In this document: piece by piece, positions 27,076 through 35,355 of the stretch
Numbering within the stretch: the stretch's first letter is position 1
How the letters are laid out: each line of letters opens with the position of its first letter
Source: an uncultured Actinomycetota bacterium
GTDB lineage: Bacteria; Actinomycetota; Actinomycetes; Mycobacteriales; Micromonosporaceae
DNA length: 64,000 nt
Assembly (NCBI GenBank): GCA_963797605.1
Contig: CAWCPX010000009.1
Span: 867,950-931,949, forward strand
Direction of reading: 5' to 3'
The notes under the pieces: model-generated
The model's input: only the letters and a program-made list of their open reading frames with translations
The model's database searches: none
Told to the model about the DNA's origin: nothing
Position numbers and translations under genes: made by a program

Positions 27076-28425
27076 CTAGTTCGTTTTGCCGGGGTTGAGG
27101 ATGGCGTGCGGATCGAACAGGAGCCGCAGTTGCTGCTGCAGGTGGTGGTTACGGGGGCCGAGTTCGTCGCTGACCCACCGGCGTTTGAGCACGCCGACGC
27201 CGTGTTCGCCGGTGAGGGTGCCGCCGAGGCTCAGGGCGAGGTTGAAGATCTGCTCGGCCGCGCACCATGCCTGCGCCGGGATCGTCGGCAGGTTGGGGTC
27301 GATGACAATGATCGGGTGGACGTTGCCGTCGGCGGCGTGGGCGATGGTGAAGATCGGTACCCCCGTGTCGGCGCTGATCCCGGCGATGCGCGTGACGGCT
27401 TCGGCCAGCCGGGACCGAGGCACGGCGATGTCCTCGATCAGCGGACGGCCGAGGAGTTCGAGTGAGGGCAGCGCGAGGCGCCGGGCGGCGACGAGGGCGG
27501 TGGCCCGGGCCGGGTCGGTCGCGCGGATGACGGTGGCGGCGGACGTGTGGAGGATCTTCTCGATCGCGTCCGCCTCGATGTCGGCCGCGGTGCCATCGGT
27601 CTGGACGATCAGGAGCGCCGTCCCCCGCGTGGTGTGATCGGTTTCCTGGGCGGCATCGATCGCCGCCAGGGTGGGCCCGTCGATCAACTCCGCCATCGAC
27701 GGCACGATCCCGGATGCCGTGATGCTGGTCGCGGCGGTCGCGGCGGCTTCGATCGAGGAGAAGTACGCTGCCAGCGTCGCCGTGACCGCCGGAGCCGGGC
27801 GCAGGCGAAGGGTGGCCCCGACGATCACGCCCAGGGTGCCTTCGGAGCCGACGAACAGGCTGGTCAGGTCGTATCCGGTGACGTTCTTGACGGTGCGGCC
27901 ACCGGTACTGATCAGATCACCGTCGGCGAGGACGACATCGAGGCCGAGGACCGAGTCGCGAGTGACGCCGTATTTCGCGCATCGCAGGCCGCCGGCGTTG
28001 GTGGCGATGTTGCCGCCGATCGTGGAGATCTCGACGCTGGCCGGATCGGGAGGATAGCGGAGTCCGTACGCCGCCGCGGCCCGGTCGAGGTCGGCGGTGA
28101 TGACGCCGGGTTCGACCACCGCGATCGCGTCCGGCACCGAGATGTCCCGGATGCGGTTGAGGCGGGTCAGGTCGAGCACGACGCTTCCGGCCGTGGCCGC
28201 CGCTCCCCCGGACAGGCCGGTGCCGGCGCCGCGTACGACCACCGGGATGCGGGCCGAGTTCGCGACCCGGAGCACCGACCGCACGTCCGCGACGGATTCC
28301 GCGAACGCGACGCCGAGCGGTTGCCCGTCTGGTTCCCAGCCCGATCGGTCGAGCCGGTGCGCCGCGATGACATCACGGTCGGTGCTCCATTGCCGGCCCG
28401 GCAGGACGGTCGCGAAGTCGATCAT
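27076..28425 (-). CDS. FAD-binding oxidoreductase (GlcD / FAD-linked oxidase family)
   Basis: PCMH-type FAD domain (VVVRGAGTGLSGGA, GGNIATNAGG, VTGYDL) plus the FAD-oxidase C-terminal domain. Confidence 0.85.
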   Translation of the reverse strand: MIDFATVLPGRQWSTDRDVIAAHRLDRSGWEPDGQPLGVAFAESVADVRSVLRVANSARIPVVVRGAGTGLSGGAAATAGSVVLDLTRLNRIRDISVPDAIAVVEPGVITADLDRAAAAYGLRYPPDPASVEISTIGGNIATNAGGLRCAKYGVTRDSVLGLDVVLADGDLISTGGRTVKNVTGYDLTSLFVGSEGTLGVIVGATLRLRPAPAVTATLAAYFSSIEAAATAATSITASGIVPSMAELIDGPTLAAIDAAQETDHTTRGTALLIVQTDGTAADIEADAIEKILHTSAATVIRATDPARATALVAARRLALPSLELLGRPLIEDIAVPRSRLAEAVTRIAGISADTGVPIFTIAHAADGNVHPIIVIDPNLPTIPAQAWCAAEQIFNLALSLGGTLTGEHGVGVLKRRWVSDELGPRNHHLQQQLRLLFDPHAILNPGKTN

Positions 28426-28432
28426 GTCCGAC

Positions 28433-29529
28433 TCAAGCCGAGACGAGCACGCGATGAGCGAGTTCCTGGCGGACGAGCGGAAGGACGTACCGGGCGTAGT
28501 CGATGGCGTCGTTCAGCGGGTCGTACCCCCGGATGGACAGCAGCTCGCAGCCGATGTCGACGTAGTCGAGCAGCGCCTTCGCGACGGTTTCGTAGCTGCC
28601 GACGAGCGCGGTCGAACTCCCGGCTGCGTTGGTCGCGGTGACCAGCGGCGTCCACAGCGCCCGGTCGTGCAGTTCGCCCCGGGCCGCGACCTCGAGAAGC
28701 CGCTGCGAGCCGACGTTTTGCGGCCGGCCGCCGGCGAGCGGGACGCGTCCGGCCAGGACGGTGTCCGCGTTACGTTGGACCTGGCCGAGGATCGCGTGCG
28801 CCTTCTCCCAGGCCAGTTCGTCGGTGGCGGCGACGATCGGACGGAACGACACCCAGATCCGGGGGCGGCCCGCCCGGCGGCGTCGGCGTACGCGTTGACC
28901 GACGCGATCTGTTCGGCCGTCTCCTTCAGCGGCTCGCCCCATAGCCCGAAGATGTCGCCCTGCTCGCCGCCGACCCGGTACGCCTCCTCCGACGAACCGC
29001 CGACCGAGATCGGGATGCTCCCGCCGTACGGCTTGATGTCGGTCTGGAAGTCCTCGAACGTGTAGTAGACTGCCCTCGTGACTGATCGGTCCGTCCGCCG
29101 ACCAGACCTTACGCAGGATCTGGATGTACTCGTCGGAACGCTCGTAGCGCTTGCTCCTTGGTCGAGTAGTCGCCCTCACGGCGCTGCTCGGCGTCGCTGC
29201 CACCGGAGATGATGTGGATGCCGAGCCGGCCGCGGCCGATCTGGTCGATGGTCGGCGAACGTCTTGGCCGCCTGCGTCGGGTAGAGGAAGCCGGGCCGGT
29301 GGGCCAGCATCGGCTTGACGCGCTCGCTGTTGTTGACCACGAATTGCGCGAGCTGGTTCGCGTCGACACTGGCCGAACCGTAGGCGACGAGCGTGTAGTC
29401 GAAGCCGCCGTCATCGAGCGCGTGCACGAATTTGCGGGTGTAGTCGACGTCGAAGGATCCGTGCCGGCGACCACCGGAGGCCTCGGTCGTCGGGGTCGTG
29501 TGGGTCGCGCTGATGAATTCAACAGGCAT
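28433..29529 (-). pseudogene. SsuD-like LLM alkanesulfonate-type monooxygenase with four frame changes
   Basis: AGGAG-N6-ATG 29529. MPVEFISATHTT...PTQAAKTFA / TIDQIGRGRLGIHIISGGSDAEQRREGDYSTKEQ / RYERSDEYIQILRKVWSADGPISHEGS / YYTFEDFQTDIKPYGGSIPISVGGSSEEAYRVGGEQGDIFGLWGEPLKE...AAGRA / PRIWVSFRPIVAATDELAWEKA...LAHRVLVSA*. Confidence 0.75.
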
Positions 29530-29540
29530 GATCTTCTCCT

Positions 29541-31391
29541 CTACAGCGATGCCGGGCCGGTGGCGGAGGGCGCCGGGCCGGTGGCGACAGGCCTTTCGGG
29601 ATCGGACGACCACGCGGACCAGGACCCGGGGAACAGTGCGGCGTCGATCCCGGCGATGGCCAGCGCGGCGATCTGATGGGAGGCGGTCACGCCGGAGCCG
29701 CAGTAGACCCCGACCGTGCTTCCGGGCGTCACCCCCAGGGCAGCGAAACGGGCCCGGAGGTGCTCGGCCGTCCGGAAAGCGCCATCCGGGCCGAGGTTCT
29801 CGACGGTCGGTGCGCTGATCGCGGCCGGAATGTGCCCGGCGTGCGGATCGATCGGCTCGATGTCACCCCGGTAGCGCTCGGCGGCCCGGGCGTCGAGGAG
29901 CACCCCGTCGCGTGCGAGCTCGGCGGCCTCGTCGGCGGACAGCGTCGGAAGATGCCCCGCCGCCAGCTCGATGTCACCGGCGGCCCGCTCCGGCGACCCG
30001 GACTCGATATCGAATCCGGCTTCCGACCAGGCACCGAACGCGCCGTCGAGGATGCGTACGTCACTCACGCCGGCCCACCGCAGCAGCCACCAGGCGCGTG
30101 CCGCCGACAGACCGTTCACGTTGTCGTAGACCACGACCGGCCGCCCACGGGTCAGCCCCCAGCCGCGCGCCGCCTCCTGGAGCCGGTCGATGGACGGCAG
30201 CGGATGCCGGCCCGCTAGCGGTTCGGCGGGATCGGCCAGTTCAGTCTCCAGGTCGACGTACGCCGCGCCGGGAATATGACCGTCGTCGAAGTGCCCGCGG
30301 CCGCGCGGGTCACCGAGGGCCCACCGCACATCCAGCAGCAGGGGCGGGTTCGCGCCGGCGAGTTCGTCGCGGAGCGTCTTGATGTCGACGAGAACGGCCA
30401 GCGTCGGCAGCGTACGCCGGAGGTCGGCATCGTCCAGGCCACCGGCGGCTGTTCCGTCCCGCGCTACCCGAGCGGCGCGAGCCTGCACCGCAGCGTTCAG
30501 GGGCGCTCGTGCGCCGTAGAGGCGTGCCAGCAGCGCGATTTCCCCGTTGAGGAAGTCGGATTCGTGCGAGCCGGAGCGGGCCAGGCTCTGCCACGTCGAG
30601 CTACCGCCGCGGTCGTGGCCGGCGATCGGCTGGGTGGCGATACGCGTCAGGTCGAGGTCTCCGTCGGCGAACGGCTGGGCCACGTCGATGCCGGCGGCTG
30701 CGAGCACCGCCGAGGCCTCGGCCCGCAGCGCGGCGGCAGCGGCATCGCGCAGCTCACTGGGCTGATAGAGCGCGTCGAGGTTGTGGGCGAGGTTGCCGAG
30801 CAGCTTGCCGGCCTTCCAGCGGCCGATGTCCGGCACGACCTGCACGGCGTACCGCGCCGCGCGCAGATCCGTCGCGACCTGCTCGATCCGGGGATCGGTG
30901 CCGTGCGGTGCGGCGCCCAGGAAGATCGCCCCGATGTCCGGCGCGGCCGGCGATACGACCTCGCCCGGCGTCACGTAGGACGCGGGGATCAGCACGGCGG
31001 CGTCGAATACGGTCGCGAACCGGCGCAGCGCCGGGCGGACGTTGTCCAGGCCGTTCTGGAGGAGCACGATCGGCAGCAGTTCGGCGGCCGAGGCATCGGT
31101 GCCCTTAACCGGTTGCCAGGCCCACTCCGCGACGGTCGCCTCGGTGTCCTGTGACTTCGTCGCCAGCACCAGGACATCGCCGGCGCGCAGGGCGATGTCC
31201 TGCGGGCCACCCGCGACCGGCAGCACCACGCGCTCGGTGCCTGCCGCGGTGACGTACTCCAACCCGCGCTCGCGCAGCAGTTCGAGATGCCTGCCCCGGG
31301 CGATCAGCACGACCTCCCGTCCGGCCCGGTGCAACTCCGCGGCCGTGGTCCCACCGACCGCGCCCGCGCCGATCACGATGTACCTGGTCAT
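29541..31391 (-). CDS. fusion protein: ketopantoate-reductase-like (ApbA/PanE) domain + tandem-rhodanese sulfurtransferase
   Basis: N-terminus MTRYIVIGAGAVGGTTAAEL... with the ApbA C-terminal region (STWQSLARSGSHESDFLNGEI). The C-terminal 280 aa carries two rhodanese domains with the active-site loop YCGSGVTAS. Single uninterrupted 616-aa ORF. Confidence 0.8.
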   Translation of the reverse strand: MTRYIVIGAGAVGGTTAAELHRAGREVVLIARGRHLELLRERGLEYVTAAGTERVVLPVAGGPQDIALRAGDVLVLATKSQDTEATVAEWAWQPVKGTDASAAELLPIVLLQNGLDNVRPALRRFATVFDAAVLIPASYVTPGEVVSPAAPDIGAIFLGAAPHGTDPRIEQVATDLRAARYAVQVVPDIGRWKAGKLLGNLAHNLDALYQPSELRDAAAAALRAEASAVLAAAGIDVAQPFADGDLDLTRIATQPIAGHDRGGSSTWQSLARSGSHESDFLNGEIALLARLYGARAPLNAAVQARAARVARDGTAAGGLDDADLRRTLPTLAVLVDIKTLRDELAGANPPLLLDVRWALGDPRGRGHFDDGHIPGAAYVDLETELADPAEPLAGRHPLPSIDRLQEAARGWGLTRGRPVVVYDNVNGLSAARAWWLLRWAGVSDVRILDGAFGAWSEAGFDIESGSPERAAGDIELAAGHLPTLSADEAAELARDGVLLDARAAERYRGDIEPIDPHAGHIPAAISAPTVENLGPDGAFRTAEHLRARFAALGVTPGSTVGVYCGSGVTASHQIAALAIAGIDAALFPGSWSAWSSDPERPVATGPAPSATGPASL

Positions 31392-32140
31392 GACGCGGTC
31401 TCCACCTCAGTGCGGGCGATGCGGGGCAGGTCGACGCCGAGGCGAAGCCTCTCGAGGAACAGCACGATGGTCGCGGCCGCGGTCCGGTGGGTGGCGTCGT
31501 TCAACGCGTCGTGTTTGCCACCGTCGATGCTCACGAGCGTGGCTTGGCGAACGGATTCGTACTGCCTGCGGGCCCGATCGAGGGTGCTGATGGTGTCGGC
31601 GGCGCCGTGCAGGCCGAGCACCGGCACGATCACGGCGGCGAGATCGGCATGCGTGAACCACTGTGGTGGCAGCGGATTCGCGAGGGCTCCCCGCTTCACG
31701 TCGGCGTCGGCGCGCAGCCGTCCCTGATGTGTCGGACAGGCCGTACGCTCGGTCAGTTCGGCGTCCCAGTCACCGACGATGACGGGCGACTCCCGGTCGC
31801 GGGTCGGCAGCCCGGCCAGGATGAGCGCGTCGACCTTCACCTGGCCGGTGGCGACGAGCGCGGCCGCGAACAGGGCGCCGCCGTCGGAGCCGATGAGCAC
31901 CTTCGGACCGGGCAGGTCGACATCGGCGAGCAGTCCGGCCACCTGCGCGGGGACGGTGTCATCGCGCGTGGGGTCCGCGACGGCCCGCACCCGGTATCCG
32001 TCGGACGCGATGCGGGTGCCGAATCGTTCGTACACCCCGGCGTGTTCGCCCCGGCCCGGGACGATGATGAGGTTTCCGCGGGCGGCGACCGTCTCCGGAT
32101 TGTTCCAACTGCGGATCGTCTCGGCCTGTTCGGTGGTCAT
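31388..32140 (-). CDS. alpha/beta hydrolase
   Basis: ATG 32140 behind GAAGGA. Nucleophile elbow GSDGG and a C-terminal H in GGKHDAL. The stop overlaps the next start as ATGA. Confidence 0.7.
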   Translation of the reverse strand: MTTEQAETIRSWNNPETVAARGNLIIVPGRGEHAGVYERFGTRIASDGYRVRAVADPTRDDTVPAQVAGLLADVDLPGPKVLIGSDGGALFAAALVATGQVKVDALILAGLPTRDRESPVIVGDWDAELTERTACPTHQGRLRADADVKRGALANPLPPQWFTHADLAAVIVPVLGLHGAADTISTLDRARRQYESVRQATLVSIDGGKHDALNDATHRTAAATIVLFLERLRLGVDLPRIARTEVETAS

Positions 32141-32254
32141 GTGGCGTCCTTCTCGGGATGACGGTCGGCGATAACGGTCGGGTGATGACGGCTGCGGGGG
32201 CGGGGCGCTCGGGTCGGACGGGTGCGCGAATGGCGCGTGACACCTCGGCCGGAA

Positions 32255-32284
32255 TTCCCTACTATGTCTATAAGGATGGTAGAC
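32255..32284 (+). promoter_or_regulatory. shared TTCCCTACTA box plus GTCTA-N9-TAGAC dyad in the hydrolase/LysR divergent region
   Basis: The 10-mer TTCCCTACTA is identical to the one upstream of cysA (38459-38468, minus). TCCCTACTAT-N10-ATG has the same spacing as at 47650. TGACAC-N16-TACTAT is promoter-like. Confidence 0.45.
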
Positions 32285-32354
32285 AATTCTGAGGATGTCC
32301 AATGCTGATGCGTGGTCAGTACCGATCGCGATTCGTCATCGGTCACCGATAGCC

Positions 32355-33215
32355 ATGCCGGCCACGCTGGACATCGGAGCGTTGCGCAGTCTCATCGCGA
32401 TCGTCGACTGCGGCGGCTTCCACCGCGCGTCCGAGTCCCTCCGGATGTCGCAATCGGCCATCAGCCAACACGTGCGCAAACTCGAAGCGGTGCTCGGCCG
32501 CCGTGTCGTCGAACGCCACGGCCGCGCCACCCGGTTCACCCCCGACGGCGAAGCGCTGATCGCCGAAGCGCGGCTGATTCTCGCCGCTCACGACCAAGCG
32601 CTCCGGCGCCTCGGCACGCACGAGATCGACGCGCCCACGATCACGGTCGGCTCCACCGAGCACGCCGCCGAGCACCTGTTGCCGTACATCGGCAACGCCC
32701 TGGCCACGCACCTTCCCGGCGCGCACGTCAAGTTCCGCCTCGATCGTGGCGCCCGCCTCAACGAGGCGCTCGACCGCTCCGCCATCGATGTGGCCATCTT
32801 CATCGGCGACGCACGTGCTCCGGAGAGCGAACCCGCGGGCGAACTCCCCCTGTCGTGGTACGCGGCGCCCGGCTGGACGGCTCCCGCCGGTCTCGACGCG
32901 GTGCCGGTGGTCGTCATCGACGAGCCGTGCACGATCCGCCGGAAGGCGCTGAACACGCTGGCGCAGGCCGGGCGCACCGCCTCGATCGTGGGTGAATCCG
33001 GCTACCTCGCCGGCGTGCTGAACGTGGCGCGCGCGGGCGTCGGTGTCGCGCTGCTGGCCAACGTGGGATCAGCCCCGGAAGGCCTCGAACGCCGCCGCGA
33101 CCTACCCGAGGTGCGCTCGGAACCGCTGCACATCCGGGCCCGGCGCGGTGGCCCAGCCGGCCTCGCCCGCATCGTCAGCGCCGCCGTGCGCACCGCACTC
33201 GAAGACGCGAAGTAG
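32355..33215 (+). CDS. LysR family transcriptional regulator
   Basis: Track ORF 32295..33215, ATG 32355 (MPATLDIGALRSLIAIVDCGGFHRASESLRMSQSAISQHVRKLE). Confidence 0.85.
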   Translation: MPATLDIGALRSLIAIVDCGGFHRASESLRMSQSAISQHVRKLEAVLGRRVVERHGRATRFTPDGEALIAEARLILAAHDQALRRLGTHEIDAPTITVGSTEHAAEHLLPYIGNALATHLPGAHVKFRLDRGARLNEALDRSAIDVAIFIGDARAPESEPAGELPLSWYAAPGWTAPAGLDAVPVVVIDEPCTIRRKALNTLAQAGRTASIVGESGYLAGVLNVARAGVGVALLANVGSAPEGLERRRDLPEVRSEPLHIRARRGGPAGLARIVSAAVRTALEDAK

Positions 33216-33223
33216 GAGACGGG

Positions 33224-33622
33224 GTGCAGGTCACAGCACGCGGCGAGTACGCCGTTCGGGCCGTGATCGCCGCCGCGCAACATCCGACCGACAGCCCTGT
33301 GACGGCGACCACGGTCGCGCGGATCCAGCACATTCCGCTTGGGTTCCTCTACAGCATCATGACCGACCTGCGCCGGGCCGGGCTCATCACGACGTACCGC
33401 GGTTCGACCGGCGGCTTCCGACTGGCGCGGCCGGCCGAGGCGATCACGATCGGCGACGTGCTGCGGTCGGTCGACGACGGCGTCAACCACTTCGGCATGG
33501 ACCCGGCAATGTCAAAGGGGCACCAGTCCGGGCTCGATCGCGTCTGGGCGTCGGTGGGCAGCGCGATCGCCGACATCGTCGACCACACGACGATCGCGGA
33601 CGTCATCGGTTACGGCGACTAG
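33224..33622 (+). CDS. Rrf2 family transcriptional regulator without cysteines
   Basis: GTG start. ARGEYAVRAVIAAA...GFLYSIMTDLRRAGLITTYRGSTGGFRLARP. There is no Cys in the protein, so no Fe-S cluster ligands. Confidence 0.85.
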   Translation: MQVTARGEYAVRAVIAAAQHPTDSPVTATTVARIQHIPLGFLYSIMTDLRRAGLITTYRGSTGGFRLARPAEAITIGDVLRSVDDGVNHFGMDPAMSKGHQSGLDRVWASVGSAIADIVDHTTIADVIGYGD

Positions 33623-34266
33623 GCCCTGCCACCTAGCAGTGCCGGATCAGGCGTCGGCACGAATCGCCGAGGCCAGATCGGATCGGACCTCCAGCCGAGC
33701 GAGAGGTAGAGCGCCCGGCCCTCTTCGGAGGCGGACAGGACGCCTTCGGTCAGGCCGATCGCGACCGCTCGATCAGCGAGTAACTGCATCATCACGGTGC
33801 CGAGGCCGCGACGCTGGTGTGGGGCACGGGTCCAGACTCGATCAATCACGCCGTACGCGCCGCTGGTCGCCAGTCGGGCCCACGCTGCGATCTCGCCGTC
33901 CGCATCGAGGACATGCGCGACGTGCGTCTGGCCTTCCATCGCGATCCGCGCCGTGTAAGGCGCGACGGGCATGGCTGTACCGCTGCGGAACGTGGTCGTC
34001 ATCAAGTAGCCGCGATCGTCGTCCCCGATGGTCCACGTGCCGGGCAGCGCGGCGTGCAGTTCCGCCTTCGTGCCGCAGATCTTGATCCCGGTGCCGGGCA
34101 CGGTGACCTCGTCGCCGAGCCGGCGGAGCGTATCGACCTCCCACGTATGCAGCACGTACCGGTCACACGGGACGGGCTGCCGCACGTCCACCACGAATCC
34201 GCCCGGGATCGGCACCGGCGGAGGCGACTCGCGGGAGATCGCCCAGCCGCGGACCCAGGCCGCCAT
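33619..34266 (-). CDS. GNAT family N-acetyltransferase (start uncertain)
   Basis: QRRGLGTVMMQLLADRA...EEGRALYLSLGW. The first in-frame ATG is 34266, but homolog-like sequence continues upstream and another frame offers MPESTLPDLAVPAQ, so a frameshift is possible. Confidence 0.6.
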   Translation of the reverse strand: MAAWVRGWAISRESPPPVPIPGGFVVDVRQPVPCDRYVLHTWEVDTLRRLGDEVTVPGTGIKICGTKAELHAALPGTWTIGDDDRGYLMTTTFRSGTAMPVAPYTARIAMEGQTHVAHVLDADGEIAAWARLATSGAYGVIDRVWTRAPHQRRGLGTVMMQLLADRAVAIGLTEGVLSASEEGRALYLSLGWRSDPIWPRRFVPTPDPALLGGRA

Positions 34267-34490
34267 CAGCTCCGACAGATCAATCTCCGAACTGCGCGGG
34301 CACTGCCAGGTCGGGAAGGGTCGACTCAGGCATGGAGAGGATCGTGCCGGAGACCGTCGAGCATCGCAACCCGATAACTCGGGCGCGACATCGGCAGGAT
34401 CCGCTTGCACCGTGCGACGATGTGTCGGAAATGTCAGATGCGCTGCAGGGGGCTCGGAGGCCGCGAACTCGGTGACTGGCGGATCTCCGG

Positions 34491-35355
34491 TTAGATGCGG
34501 ATGCGCCGCCGGATGAAGGCACCCAGCAGGATCGCGGCGAAGGACACGATCATCAATACGAAGGTGATCGCGTACGCGGAGTTGTAGTCGAGACTGTTCT
34601 CCACGAGGTTGCCCACCCGTAGCGGCGCGGTCTCGGTCTGACCTTCGATGTTGTTCGAGACAACCAGGACGGCGCCGTATTCACCGATGCATCGGGCCAC
34701 GCTCAACACGACGCCGTACGTCAGTGCCACGCGCACCGTCGGCAGCGTGATCCGGCGCAGTCGCACGGCGGCACTGGCACCGAGGGTCGCCGCGGCCTGC
34801 TCCTGCTCCGTGCCGGCCTGTTCCAGCACCGGCACCAGAGCTCGCGACGACCAGTGGCAGCGATACGAACGCCGTCGCGATGATCATGCCGGGTTTCGCG
34901 CCGATCATCACCACGCCGTGACGTTCGAGGAAGGGACCGAACCAGCCGGTCGGCCCGTACACGAGGATCAGCGCGAGCCCGACGACGATCGGCGAGACCG
35001 CGACCGGCAGGTCCACGAACGCGTTCAGCAGGCCGTGGCCCCAGAATCGGTAACGGGCCAGCAGCAGCGCGATGGCGACACCGAGCACCGTGTTGATGGC
35101 GACCGCGGAGAGCGCGACGATCGCGGTCATCTCGAACGCGTGGCCGGACTCGGGCGTGCTCAGCGCCGACCAGAAGGCGTGGAGGCCGGGCTGGAAGGTG
35201 CGGTACAGGATGACGATCACCGGGACGAGGACGAGCAGGCCGACGTACAGGACGACGAGGCTCTGCAGGCCGAGCGTGCCCGGGCGCAACCGTCTGCGCC
35301 GACCAACGGCGGTCGATACCGGTGGCGGCGCGATCTGGACTCCGGTGTCAGCCAC
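34491..35355 (-). pseudogene. cysW: sulfate ABC transporter permease CysW, one frame change
   Basis: GTG 35355 overlaps the cysT stop (GTGGCTGA). ...GMIIATAFVSLPLVV breaks near 34840-34850 and resumes as (R)ELVPVLEQAGTEQEQAAATLGASAAVRLRRITLP...FIRRRIRI*. Length 865 nt (3n+1). Confidence 0.8.

Noticed and set aside
32295-32354. Upstream ATG 32295 as the LysR start
   Set aside because: It adds 20 residues before the canonical LysR N-terminus (MPATLDIGALRSL...), and its ATG directly abuts GAGG without spacing. ATG 32355 is preferred but not proven.
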